Of a DNA stretch of 64,000 nucleotides, positions 7,585 through 16,269 are shown in pieces (position 1 is the stretch's first letter; the number at the start of each line of letters is the position of its first letter). This DNA is from Eubacteriales bacterium. Lineage in GTDB: Bacteria; Bacillota; Clostridia; Oscillospirales; QAKW01. Below the pieces are notes generated by a model. That model did not search any database. It saw nothing but the letters and a program-made list of their open reading frames with translations, and was not told the DNA's origin. A program made the position numbers and the translations under genes. The stretch covers positions 6,559 through 70,558 of the forward strand of contig JAZTXG010000012.1 in assembly GCA_045636365.1 (NCBI GenBank), written 5' to 3'.

Positions 7585-8151
7585 TTAGCCCTCAACAGGA
7601 GCAGTATACTCGGCAACGGTAACAGTGAAGGTACCCATAACGCCAGCTTCTGCTTCAGTGATTCTGCCGCCAACAGTAACGGTACCGGAGATAGAACCTT
7701 CAGTGCCTTTGGGAGCTTCTTCTTCAGTCTCATTCACAGCAGCTTTATCAACAATAACATCTTCTACAGCAGCCTTCAATGCGGTTTCAGCGCCACCTGC
7801 AGCATCTTCATAGCCAAGGCTAACTTTAACATCTACGCAAGAATGGTTCTCGATATTAACGGTAAGAGCAACTTCTTCAGCAGACCAAGAACCACCCTCA
7901 GTAACATCCCACTTGTGTGTTTCGACATTCCACTCGTTTTCGTTGGCATCAGTAAAGGTGATTGCAGCCAAGGCGTCCCAAGTCAGAACAACTTTGTAGT
8001 TAGGAACATCAGTTTGCTCATCGGAGTATGCACCGGTAACTTCGATCTTAGTATTGGCATCGGGAAGAGCGGTGATATCAGCAGCAAAAGCAACAGCGGA
8101 CATAGAGGCGATCATCGCGATCGCGAGAACGATAGATAATACCTTTTTCAT
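7585..8151 (-). CDS. Small secreted protein consisting essentially of a signal peptide plus the shared CTD.
   Basis: A 188-aa ORF. RBS AAGGAG lies 9 nt before the ATG. Signal peptide MKKVLSIVLAIAMIASMSAVAFA. The CTD is YKVVLTWDALAAITFTDANENEWNVETHKWDV...LTVNIENHS...GGAETALKAAVEDV...GTFTVTV. Confidence 0.85.
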   Translation of the reverse strand: MKKVLSIVLAIAMIASMSAVAFAADITALPDANTKIEVTGAYSDEQTDVPNYKVVLTWDALAAITFTDANENEWNVETHKWDVTEGGSWSAEEVALTVNIENHSCVDVKVSLGYEDAAGGAETALKAAVEDVIVDKAAVNETEEEAPKGTEGSISGTVTVGGRITEAEAGVMGTFTVTVAEYTAPVEG

Positions 8152-8242
8152 TTTTTAAGTCTCCTTAAAATAATTTTTTATATTTGACCGCTTAACGCTC
8201 CTTGCAGCGCAAAAGCGGCTAAATACCTTAAATAAGTTTGAT

Positions 8243-8794
8243 TTATTCCTGCACCTTAACGATGAGAGGAATATCGGTTTGAAGGATGGCTTTTTCGCCG
8301 GTTTCATAATAATAGGCGGCGGTATATTTGCCATCATAGCCGCCGGCGGAAAGCTTCACACCATCCCGCAAGGGAAGCTGGGAAAGGGCATTTCCCGGGG
8401 GCAATAATTTGGATTGGGCAATCAACTTATCCTTAACAAACACCTGCAGGACCATATCCTGATTGGATTCATAGGGGTTGGTGAAGGAAAAATAGACCAT
8501 CCCATCGGAAAGATCCACACGGACCTCTTTTTGATATTGAATACTCACCGAGCCGCCGCCCTGCTCCTGCTCCAATTTCTCGTTTTCCTTATCGGAATCG
8601 GGGGTGGGGGTAGCGTTCGGTTCGATCTCCTGCGGGGCATAGTCCGGCGCAAGAGTGGGGGTGGTATCGCGGAAGAAGATGGACCAGATGGTGACACTGC
8701 AGCTGGTAATCAACAGCAACAGCAGCAAGATCAGCGCAGCAAGCATCCAGCGTTTCTTTTTGCGATTATTTTCTTGATTGACGTGCTTACTCAA
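8243..8794 (-). CDS. Single-pass (N-terminal anchor) membrane protein; paralogue of 5671..6192.
   Basis: A 183-aa ORF. RBS AGGAGG lies 6 nt before the TTG start. A basic N-terminus is followed by the TM segment WMLAALILLLLLLITS. The extracytoplasmic domain aligns with the 5671..6192 product. The gene lies 21 nt after the upstream stop, so it is probably co-transcribed. Confidence 0.75.
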   Translation of the reverse strand: MSKHVNQENNRKKKRWMLAALILLLLLLITSCSVTIWSIFFRDTTPTLAPDYAPQEIEPNATPTPDSDKENEKLEQEQGGGSVSIQYQKEVRVDLSDGMVYFSFTNPYESNQDMVLQVFVKDKLIAQSKLLPPGNALSQLPLRDGVKLSAGGYDGKYTAAYYYETGEKAILQTDIPLIVKVQE

Positions 8795-8815
8795 CGGGGA
8801 CCTCCTGCGTTATTC

Positions 8816-11296
8816 TTAAACTGCTTTATCAATAGTCACTGTAATGGTGCCGAGCACCGTCTTCGTATCGGTCGAAAGTTCTGCGCCGGCGGGCAGGTCG
8901 CCCAACTCAAATTGAACCGTTGCCGAATTATATGCATCGCCTTCGGCCTTATCGACTGTCAACGACGATACTGCAGTTCCATCCTGCTCGAATGTATGGG
9001 TCAGCCCGACAAGGTCGGTCTTCTCCGGGTTTACAGCAAATTCAAACGTCGCTGTAATATCAACCTTACCTTGGTTGGTGACGGTGATCCAATTTTCGGC
9101 TTCGCTGTCTGCATTTAAGCAGGTCCAACCGCGGCCATCCCAAATATGGTTTTGGGGATCCCAGGTGCCGAAAGAATAGGTAAATGCCATTGCGCCCCAT
9201 TCGATTTTCACCGAAATTTCCGACGCGGCCGTTTCGATCTTGACTTCGACTTCGGCGGGAGTATCTGTATAGTTATCGCCATCCAGCTCTGCGCCGTTTT
9301 GATAGTTTCCGCCTTCAAGAAACGCTACAGAAACGAACCGGCGAAGTTGCTCTTCGGTCAGGTCTTCCTGCCTTACTTTCAGCGTAAATACCATAATGTC
9401 TTGATTCGGCAAGTACATTGGCAAAGGATCGCCGTTGAACCAGCAGGCAAGCAACGTTCCTTTGGCGTGTTCGGTGATGAACTCGGAATGAGCGCCTTCA
9501 CCATCGTCGTTAAACGCGTTCTTATCTTCGACAGAAACAAACTCGAATACGTCGGAATCAAACAACGCCTTGAGGGTCATTACTTCCCAAGCGCTTGTAA
9601 AATCCTTGATCGAGACAGCAAAACGAACTTCTTTGCCCTGCTCAATAGCGCCGATTTCTTCCCCTTCGGGAACATCCACGCCGTCGATCTGATCGATCCG
9701 GATGGAGAGTTCGGGCTTGCCACGAACGGTTATGGGCTTCACGGCAGACGTTTCGATATAACCGGCAACATCATCGCCGGAAAGGTTACCCCCCGCCAGG
9801 AAAGAGGCGGTGATGGGGAATTCGGATCCGTCTACCGTATAATCACTTTTAATTGTTATGGGGATCTCAAGGATCGTTCCGCTTGAGGCGCCCAGCTTGA
9901 GATCATCGCCTTCTTCAGAGAAAATGGTGATACCAAGTTTGTTTCCGCTAATCACCGGCACAACGGCGACATCACTGTCGCCTAATGCAACGATATTATC
10001 CGTATCTACCTCAAAAACGTTTTTATTGAGGTTGACAAGGATACTCATCATCGACCACGGATCAACATAATCAGTGATGTTCACTTGAAGAGTGAATTTC
10101 TCACCGCGAGAAAAGGCGGGTTTATCTTCCTCAACCACTACAGATAAGTAGGGGAACACCTTCTGCGTTACCTTGACTTCAGCTGTACCCTCTTCGTGCT
10201 CTTCAACATAATCGTCGGCGGAGGTCAGCAGTTCTTCTTCGCCTGTCGCGGCATCGTATTTAAAGTTGCCTTCTTGCTGGAAAGAGGTCCCGATTTCGAG
10301 CGCGCTTCCCGCGCCTTGGGCTTCCAAGGTCAGCTCCAGAATATCTGCATCGGATGCACCGTCTTTCAGAATCATATTGCCCAAAGAGGGGCTGAAGAAG
10401 CAGATTGAAAGCGGTTTTGCAGCATCTTCGGTCTCTGCCACCAGCATGGAGACGGGATCCGAAGTTTCGGAGTCAACAAGATTTCCTAAGTCTTCCGAAC
10501 TTATATACTTGAATTTATTGCCATTGTATTGAAGGTCCAGAGTCATCATCATCCAGCCTTCGTAGAAATTGTTCAGGCAAACGATTGCTTTGACTTTTTC
10601 CCCTTGCTCAATTTCGGTAACCGGATTTCCGCTCTCATCCACCAACCGCATGGTCAGATGCGGCTGATACACACGGACCTCTCTTTCAAAATCGGAGGTG
10701 GCGGCATAAGCTTCGGTAGCGATGAACTCCGGTTCGTCACCAACATACCCCGCGACACTATCGTCTACAAAGGTAAAAGAGAGTTTCGCGTTATCGGTCT
10801 CCGCAATTGCTTTGAATTTCAAATCCATCAATGCGGCAGTTCCCTCTACGGCAGGGAGGTTGGTGCCTTGATTGCTCATCATAAAAACCATCAAGGAACC
10901 GCTTGCTTTATTAGACTCATCAATCGAGAGGGTGAACTCCTCGCCGATCTTCGTTTCAAAACCCTTATATTCCAGCTCCGCCGGATCATAGGTCAATTCG
11001 GCAACAAAGATCGCCCAATCGCCCCTATAATTTTCCAGCGAGACAGAAATATCAAACTCTTCGTCCAGCGAAAGATGCTCTTTCTCTGTACTCATCACCA
11101 CGGAAGTCGGCTCAGAGCCGCCTTCGGTGTTTAACAATGCGGGCTGCTCGGAAGCGTAATTATTCAGTTGAACTGTTGCATCCAACGCATCGCTCTCAAG
11201 TACGCTTTCGTCGGCAGCAGAGACGACAAAGACCGAGCATACCATGGAGCAGAGCATTGCCAGCGCAACAGCGATTGACCATACACGCTTATTCAC
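8816..11296 (-). CDS. Secreted protein with four cohesin-like modules and a divergent copy of the shared CTD.
   Basis: ORF track 8816..11365. GGAGGtatttcGTG makes GTG at 11296 the likely start (VNKRVWSIAVALAMLCSMVCSVFVVSA signal peptide). The module signatures are ISVSLENYRGDWAIFVAELTYDPAELEY, AIVCLNNFYEGWMMMTLDLQYNGNKFKY, LQVNITDYVDPWSMMSILVNLNKNVFEV and FAVSIKDFTSAWEVMTLKALFDSDVFEF. The CTD at 8819-9217 reads ISVKIEWGAMAFTYSFGTWDPQNHIWDGRGW...ITVTNQG...GTITVTI. Confidence 0.85.
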   Translation of the reverse strand: MNKRVWSIAVALAMLCSMVCSVFVVSAADESVLESDALDATVQLNNYASEQPALLNTEGGSEPTSVVMSTEKEHLSLDEEFDISVSLENYRGDWAIFVAELTYDPAELEYKGFETKIGEEFTLSIDESNKASGSLMVFMMSNQGTNLPAVEGTAALMDLKFKAIAETDNAKLSFTFVDDSVAGYVGDEPEFIATEAYAATSDFEREVRVYQPHLTMRLVDESGNPVTEIEQGEKVKAIVCLNNFYEGWMMMTLDLQYNGNKFKYISSEDLGNLVDSETSDPVSMLVAETEDAAKPLSICFFSPSLGNMILKDGASDADILELTLEAQGAGSALEIGTSFQQEGNFKYDAATGEEELLTSADDYVEEHEEGTAEVKVTQKVFPYLSVVVEEDKPAFSRGEKFTLQVNITDYVDPWSMMSILVNLNKNVFEVDTDNIVALGDSDVAVVPVISGNKLGITIFSEEGDDLKLGASSGTILEIPITIKSDYTVDGSEFPITASFLAGGNLSGDDVAGYIETSAVKPITVRGKPELSIRIDQIDGVDVPEGEEIGAIEQGKEVRFAVSIKDFTSAWEVMTLKALFDSDVFEFVSVEDKNAFNDDGEGAHSEFITEHAKGTLLACWFNGDPLPMYLPNQDIMVFTLKVRQEDLTEEQLRRFVSVAFLEGGNYQNGAELDGDNYTDTPAEVEVKIETAASEISVKIEWGAMAFTYSFGTWDPQNHIWDGRGWTCLNADSEAENWITVTNQGKVDITATFEFAVNPEKTDLVGLTHTFEQDGTAVSSLTVDKAEGDAYNSATVQFELGDLPAGAELSTDTKTVLGTITVTIDKAV

Positions 11297-11376
11297 GAAA
11301 TACCTCCACACAAAACTTTCAAAATGAATGAACCCCCGCGCCATATTGCAAAGGGGATACTTCAACCATTGACTTT

Positions 11377-11440
11377 ATTATAGCAGAGCGAAAAACAAAT
11401 TTACATTGCTTTATGTTGCTTTTTTTAAACGATTTGCGTC
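11377..11440 (-). promoter_or_regulatory. Putative promoter of the 8816-11296 / 8243-8794 unit, with the conserved upstream element (copy B).
   Basis: On the minus strand, TGcTATAAT has its -10 at 11382-11377. A 16-nt spacer follows, then the hexamer GTAAAT at 11404-11399. The element at 11405-11440 is ATTGCTTTATGTTGCTTTTTTTAAACGATTTGCGTC. Confidence 0.45.
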
Positions 11441-11511
11441 TTTTTTTAAAAAATTAGTGCATTTTATACATTTTTTTGCATCATTCTTTATTTCAGTCGT
11501 CGAAATAGACT

Positions 11512-11553
11512 ATGAAAAAAGAAGGCTTGCTTTACCCCATAGCAAAGCAAGCC
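11512..11553 (-). terminator. Rho-independent terminator downstream of murA.
   Basis: Stem GGCTTGCTTT / AAAGCAAGCC with a 10-nt loop. On the minus strand it is followed by ttcTTTTTTc. Confidence 0.65.
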
Positions 11554-11584
11554 CTATATATTAAATATGAAAGGTTTTGAAAAA

Positions 11585-12841
11585 TCAATCGGGGACGATA
11601 CGGATATCGGCGCCCAGCGCGGAGAATTTTTCCACAATCCGCTCATAACCGCGGCGGATATGGTCAATATCCTCAATGGCGGTGGTTCCCTGCGCCGCCA
11701 GACCCGCGATGACCATCGCCGCTCCCGCCCGCAGGTCGCAAGCCCGCACCGGCGCGCCCAGCAGCTTGCCGCCGCCCTTGACGGTGGCGATCTTGCCCGC
11801 GACCGCAATATCGGCGCCCATACGGATCAGCTCTTCGGTATATTTGAAGCGGCTTTCCCAGATGCTTTCATCGATTTTGCTGGTGCCTTCTGCCCGCAGC
11901 ATAACGATTGCCATCTGCGGCTGCATATCGGTGGGGAAGCCGGGGTAGGGCATCGTCTTAATATTGGTTTTTTTCAGCGGTGCGGTGGCATCCACTAAAA
12001 TGCTATCGTCGTATTCCTCGATATGGACACCCATCTCCTCCAATTTGGCGGTGATACATTCCATATGCTTGGGGATGACATTTTTGACCAGCACCTTTCC
12101 GCCGGTCGCCGCCGCGGCAGCCATATAGGTGCCCGCTTCGATCTGGTCGGGGATGACCGCATAAGAGCCGCCCCGCAGCTCGGCCACACCCTGCACCTTG
12201 ATGACATCGGTACCCGCGCCGCGGATATTGGCGCCCATCGAGTTCAAAAAGTTTGCCACATCGACGATATGGGGCTCTTTGGCGACGTTTTCAATCACCG
12301 TCTGCCCTTCGGCCTTGACCGCCGCCAGCATCGCATTGATGGTGGCGCCCACCGAGACCATATCCAGATAGATGCCCGAGCCTTCCAGCTTTTCGGCATG
12401 GCAATGGACATTTCCGTGCAGAATATCCACCTGCGCACCCAGCTGCTCAAAGGCTTTGATATGCTGATCCATCGGGCGCGCGCCCAGATGCCAGCCGCCG
12501 GGCAACGCCACTGTGGCATTGCCGAACCGCCCCAAAAGCGCGCCCAAAAAATAATAGGAAGCGCGGAACTTGCGGGCATATTCATAGGGGACCTCGGTGC
12601 AGCGCACCGCCGAGCAATCCACTTCCAAGCAGTTTCCGCCCGACCGACGCACCTTCGCGCCCATGGCAATCAAAATATTGCAGATATTTTCCACATCGCT
12701 GATCTGGGGGACGTTTTCAATTCTGCAAACGCCGTTGACCAGCATCGCGGCAGGCAAAATCGCCACAATGGCGTTCTTTGCGCCCGCAATATCTACCTCA
12801 CCTTCCAGCCGGCAAGGTCCGTTGATGATGATTCGATCCAT
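11585..12841 (-). CDS. murA: UDP-N-acetylglucosamine 1-carboxyvinyltransferase (MurA family); the catalytic-loop Cys position is Trp.
   Basis: A 418-aa ORF that aligns end to end with E. coli MurA from memory: GAKNA (Lys22), LPGG-x-x-x-GARP loop, PTDMQ, DLRAGAAMV and HIRRGYERI. The loop reads LPGGWHLGARPMD, against LPGGCTIGARPVD in E. coli. Confidence 0.85.
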   Translation of the reverse strand: MDRIIINGPCRLEGEVDIAGAKNAIVAILPAAMLVNGVCRIENVPQISDVENICNILIAMGAKVRRSGGNCLEVDCSAVRCTEVPYEYARKFRASYYFLGALLGRFGNATVALPGGWHLGARPMDQHIKAFEQLGAQVDILHGNVHCHAEKLEGSGIYLDMVSVGATINAMLAAVKAEGQTVIENVAKEPHIVDVANFLNSMGANIRGAGTDVIKVQGVAELRGGSYAVIPDQIEAGTYMAAAAATGGKVLVKNVIPKHMECITAKLEEMGVHIEEYDDSILVDATAPLKKTNIKTMPYPGFPTDMQPQMAIVMLRAEGTSKIDESIWESRFKYTEELIRMGADIAVAGKIATVKGGGKLLGAPVRACDLRAGAAMVIAGLAAQGTTAIEDIDHIRRGYERIVEKFSALGADIRIVPD

Positions 12842-12904
12842 TTCTTCTCCTATCTTAAATGATACTCTATATATAATGTATCACACGCAAACGAAAAAAT
12901 AAAG

Positions 12905-13936
12905 TTATTCTTTCACAAATTTTTCGGGGCGGTATTTTTTGATTGCCTTTTTATTGATCTTTACCTTAAATTGCTGCTCCCATTCCGAAAGCAGCGCCTC
13001 GATCTCTTCGGCGCGGATCTCTTCCAGGGTCTGCTGCCGCAGGGTGGCGGTAAACAGCTCGTCGGTGGTGCCGTCGTACCGCTTTAGGATCATCAGCGCG
13101 CCCTCGGTCTCCACCAAGGTCACCTCGCCAAGCTCCAACTTAAAGGCGGCTTCCTCCACCTTTTTATTAAAAGTACCGTCGTTGGTAATCACCATTCCGT
13201 CCGCCTCGTCGGCTTTCATATCCGAATGGGTTTCGATCAGGTCGGGGAAATAGTCCTTTTCGCTCTCCCGCTGCGCCGACTCCAGCACCGCCTGCGCGCG
13301 GTCGCGGGCGTCCTGCAATTCTTTGCCCACAAAAAAGTTGCCGTCCTCATCCTGCTTGGTGATATAGATGAATTTGACATAAATATGGTTCAGCGCATAA
13401 TAATTTTTCAAATCCTGCAAGGAGACGGGTTTTTCCCCTTTTTCGCCGAAATAATGGCTTAAAACCTTGGTTTTCTTGGCGGCATCGTAATATTCGGTCA
13501 AAAATTCATCGTAGGTATAATATCCGTCGGCAAGGGCGTTATTGAACTCGGTCATACTGCCATAGGATTCCGCAATCTGCGCCACCGCTTCGGTAATCGC
13601 CTGCTCCTCTTCGGCGGAAAAGGAAAGACCCAACGCTTCAAATTGCTCGGCGTAAAGCTTCTTTTCAATCAGTTCCTGCTGCAGGGTTTCGGTCAGCATT
13701 GCGGATAAAGTGCCGCCTTGCTCATCCTCGGTGGTCCAGAGTTCCTTGGTGTCCTCTTCGCCCGATTCCTGCAGATAATTCTGCCGCAGGGTGGCAACGT
13801 TCCGCTTATAATCGTTCTCGGAAACGATGGAATTGCCCACCTTGATGGCATAGTCCGGCCCGCTGCAGGCGGCAAGTGTTGTTATCAATAAAGCAACCAT
13901 CATTCCAACAACGATGGTGCGACAAAAGTTTCTCAT
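12905..13936 (-). CDS. PrsA/SurA-like foldase lipoprotein (degenerate parvulin-type PPIase region).
   Basis: ORF track 12905..14053. AAGGAGaatctcaATG places the start at 13936. Signal and lipobox: MRNFCRTIVVGMMVALLITTLAAC. The product is a long helical, acidic chaperone-like region with a parvulin-like C-terminal half. The family call is from overall architecture only. Confidence 0.55.
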   Translation of the reverse strand: MRNFCRTIVVGMMVALLITTLAACSGPDYAIKVGNSIVSENDYKRNVATLRQNYLQESGEEDTKELWTTEDEQGGTLSAMLTETLQQELIEKKLYAEQFEALGLSFSAEEEQAITEAVAQIAESYGSMTEFNNALADGYYTYDEFLTEYYDAAKKTKVLSHYFGEKGEKPVSLQDLKNYYALNHIYVKFIYITKQDEDGNFFVGKELQDARDRAQAVLESAQRESEKDYFPDLIETHSDMKADEADGMVITNDGTFNKKVEEAAFKLELGEVTLVETEGALMILKRYDGTTDELFTATLRQQTLEEIRAEEIEALLSEWEQQFKVKINKKAIKKYRPEKFVKE

Positions 13937-14027
13937 TGAGATTCTCCTTAATTTATATGTGTTTTCAGTATAACATAGGAAGATATTTTTGTAAATAGAG
14001 TTGTTAATCCGATAAAATCGTGTTAAA

Positions 14028-15398
14028 ATGGGATTTATGAAGAAAAACGACATTTTAAAAGTAAAAATTGAAGATTATACCGAAGAAGGCTTTGGTGTCG
14101 CCCGCGCGGATGGGTATGTTCTGTTCATTCCCAATACCATCGCGGGGGAAGAAGCGGAAGTGTTGGTGGTCAAGGCGGGCAAGCGCTTTGGGTATGCCAA
14201 GGTTTTGAAATTGCTCACCCGTTCCCCCCATCGCATCGAAACCGAATGTCCCTTGGGCAATCGCTGCGGCGGGTGCGCCTTCTGGCATCTTTCCTATGAG
14301 GAAGAATTGCGCCTAAAGGCAAGCCGCGTGCAGGCGCAGCTGCAGCGCATCGGCGGGCTTTCTTTGCAATGCGAGCCGCCCATCGGCGCGCCCACCCCCT
14401 TTGGGTACCGCAATAAAGCGCAGTTTCCCATTCGCCAGGTGAAGGGCGAGCCGCAGGCAGGATTTTATGCGGCGGGCAGCCATAGCATTGTATCGGGTGC
14501 GCCCTGCGTCATCCAACCGCCCATCTTCAACGCGATTTTGGAAGAAACCTTAAACTTTATGAAAACGCGGGGCATCCCCGCCTATGAAGAGCAGGGCTAC
14601 AGCGGCTTGGTGCGGCATCTTTATCTCCGCCGCGGCGAAGCCGCCGAGGAAATTTTGGTTTGCCTGGTGGTCAACGCCCAAGAGTTCCCGCTCAAGCAGG
14701 AGTTTGCCGCCGCTCTGCAGCAAAAATTTTCCCAAATCCAAACTGTCTGCATCAATTATAATGATAAAAACACCAACGTGGTGCTGGGCAAGCGGACCGA
14801 GACGGTCTGCGGCAAGGGCTATATCGAAGATATCTTATTGGGCAAGCGGTATCGCATCGCGCCCCAATCCTTCTATCAGGTCAACCGCGCCCAGACCGAG
14901 GTTCTTTATAAAAAAGCCATCGAATTGGCAGATCTTTCGGGCGACGAGCGGGTGCTGGACCTCTATTGCGGCATCGGCACCATCGGGCTTTCGCTGGCAG
15001 AAAAATGCAAAGAGCTGATTGGGGTGGAAATCGTCCCCCAAGCCATCGAAAACGCCAAAATCAATGCCCAAATCAACGGCATTGAAAACGCCGAGTTTTT
15101 CTGCGCCGATGCCAAGGATGCCGCCCAAAAATTTGCCGCCGAAGGCAAGCAATTCGATGTCATCATCGTCGACCCGCCCCGCAAAGGCTGCGACCAAAAA
15201 ACGCTGGATGCCATTATCCAAATGGCACCGCCCACCTTGGTCTATGTCTCCTGCAACCCCGCCACCTTGGCGCGGGATTTGAAAATTTTAGAAGCGAATG
15301 GATTTGAAACCCAACGCGCTGTTCCCATTGACCTTTTCCCAAAAACGCACCATTGCGAAACCGTCGCGCTTTTGAAGCGGAGAGAAGCCGATGTTTGA
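14028..15398 (+). CDS. rlmD: 23S rRNA (uracil-C5)-methyltransferase, RlmD/RumA family (TRAM domain, Fe-S Cys cluster, SAM methyltransferase).
   Basis: A 456-aa ORF. Motifs: TRAM-like N-terminus KVKIEDYTEEGFGVAR, Cys cluster CPLGNRCGGCAFWH, SAM motif LDLYCGIGTIGL, DPPRKG, and catalytic VSCNPATLARD. Confidence 0.8.
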   Translation: MGFMKKNDILKVKIEDYTEEGFGVARADGYVLFIPNTIAGEEAEVLVVKAGKRFGYAKVLKLLTRSPHRIETECPLGNRCGGCAFWHLSYEEELRLKASRVQAQLQRIGGLSLQCEPPIGAPTPFGYRNKAQFPIRQVKGEPQAGFYAAGSHSIVSGAPCVIQPPIFNAILEETLNFMKTRGIPAYEEQGYSGLVRHLYLRRGEAAEEILVCLVVNAQEFPLKQEFAAALQQKFSQIQTVCINYNDKNTNVVLGKRTETVCGKGYIEDILLGKRYRIAPQSFYQVNRAQTEVLYKKAIELADLSGDERVLDLYCGIGTIGLSLAEKCKELIGVEIVPQAIENAKINAQINGIENAEFFCADAKDAAQKFAAEGKQFDVIIVDPPRKGCDQKTLDAIIQMAPPTLVYVSCNPATLARDLKILEANGFETQRAVPIDLFPKTHHCETVALLKRREADV

Positions 15399-16269
15399 TT
15401 TGAAGCATTGCAATCTTTGCCCGCGGCAATGCGGTATCGACCGCGCCCAAGCGCGGGGCGTCTGCCGCGCAGACGGGGAAATGAAAATTGCCCGCGCCGC
15501 CCTGCATTTTTGGGAAGAGCCCTGCCTTTCGGGGGAGCGGGGGTCGGGAACGGTCTTTTTCAGCGGCTGTAATCTGGGTTGCATCTATTGCCAAAACCAA
15601 GCCATCAGCCGCGCCGATTGCGGCAAGGCGGTTTCCCCCGCAGAATTGGCAGAAATTTTTGCCGATTTGGAGCGGCAGGGAGCGCATAATATCAACTTGG
15701 TCACCCCCACCCACCATTGGCTGCAAATCAAAGAGGCGGTCGGGCTTTACCAAGGGAACCTGCCCATCGTTTATAATACCAGCGGGTACGAGCGCCCCGA
15801 AGCCATCGATGCGCTGGCGGATACGGTGGATATTTATCTGACCGACCTGAAATATGCGGAACGCGATTCCGCCGCCCGCTTCAGCCACGCCGCCGATTAT
15901 CCGCAGGTGGCAAGAGCCGCGCTGGAGCGGATGGTTCAAACCGTCGGAGTGCCTCAATTTGATAAAAGCGGACTATTGCAAAAAGGCGTTATTGCGCGGC
16001 TTTTGGTATTGCCCTCCATCGAGCACGAAGCAATGATGAACCTGAAATTTCTCAAGGAGCAATTTGGGAATCAAATCATCATCAGCATTATGAACCAATA
16101 TACCCCGATGGGCGAGGATTTGCCCGAAGAATTGCGGCATCCGCTGCCGCCCGCCGCCTACCAAACGGTGGTGGACTATGCCCGCGCTTTAGATTTTAAA
16201 TATGCCTATATTCAAGAAGGGGAAACGGCGAAAGAAAGCTTTATACCGCCCTTTAGAAAGGAATTGTAA
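15391..16269 (+). CDS. Radical SAM protein, PflX-like (homologue of pyruvate formate-lyase activating enzymes).
   Basis: A 292-aa ORF with CNLCPRQC and the canonical GCNLGCIYCQN CxxxCxxC motif. It overlaps rlmD by 8 nt. Confidence 0.7.
   Translation: MFDLKHCNLCPRQCGIDRAQARGVCRADGEMKIARAALHFWEEPCLSGERGSGTVFFSGCNLGCIYCQNQAISRADCGKAVSPAELAEIFADLERQGAHNINLVTPTHHWLQIKEAVGLYQGNLPIVYNTSGYERPEAIDALADTVDIYLTDLKYAERDSAARFSHAADYPQVARAALERMVQTVGVPQFDKSGLLQKGVIARLLVLPSIEHEAMMNLKFLKEQFGNQIIISIMNQYTPMGEDLPEELRHPLPPAAYQTVVDYARALDFKYAYIQEGETAKESFIPPFRKEL

Noticed and set aside
4400-11585. A sigma-I / RsgI-type regulatory pair, as used for cellulosome genes in Clostridium thermocellum.
   Set aside because: No sigma-factor-like ORF is present. 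The two single-pass membrane proteins have cytoplasmic tails of only about 10-16 aa, too short for an anti-sigma domain. The shared promoters have a normal TATAAT -10 rather than the sigma-I type.
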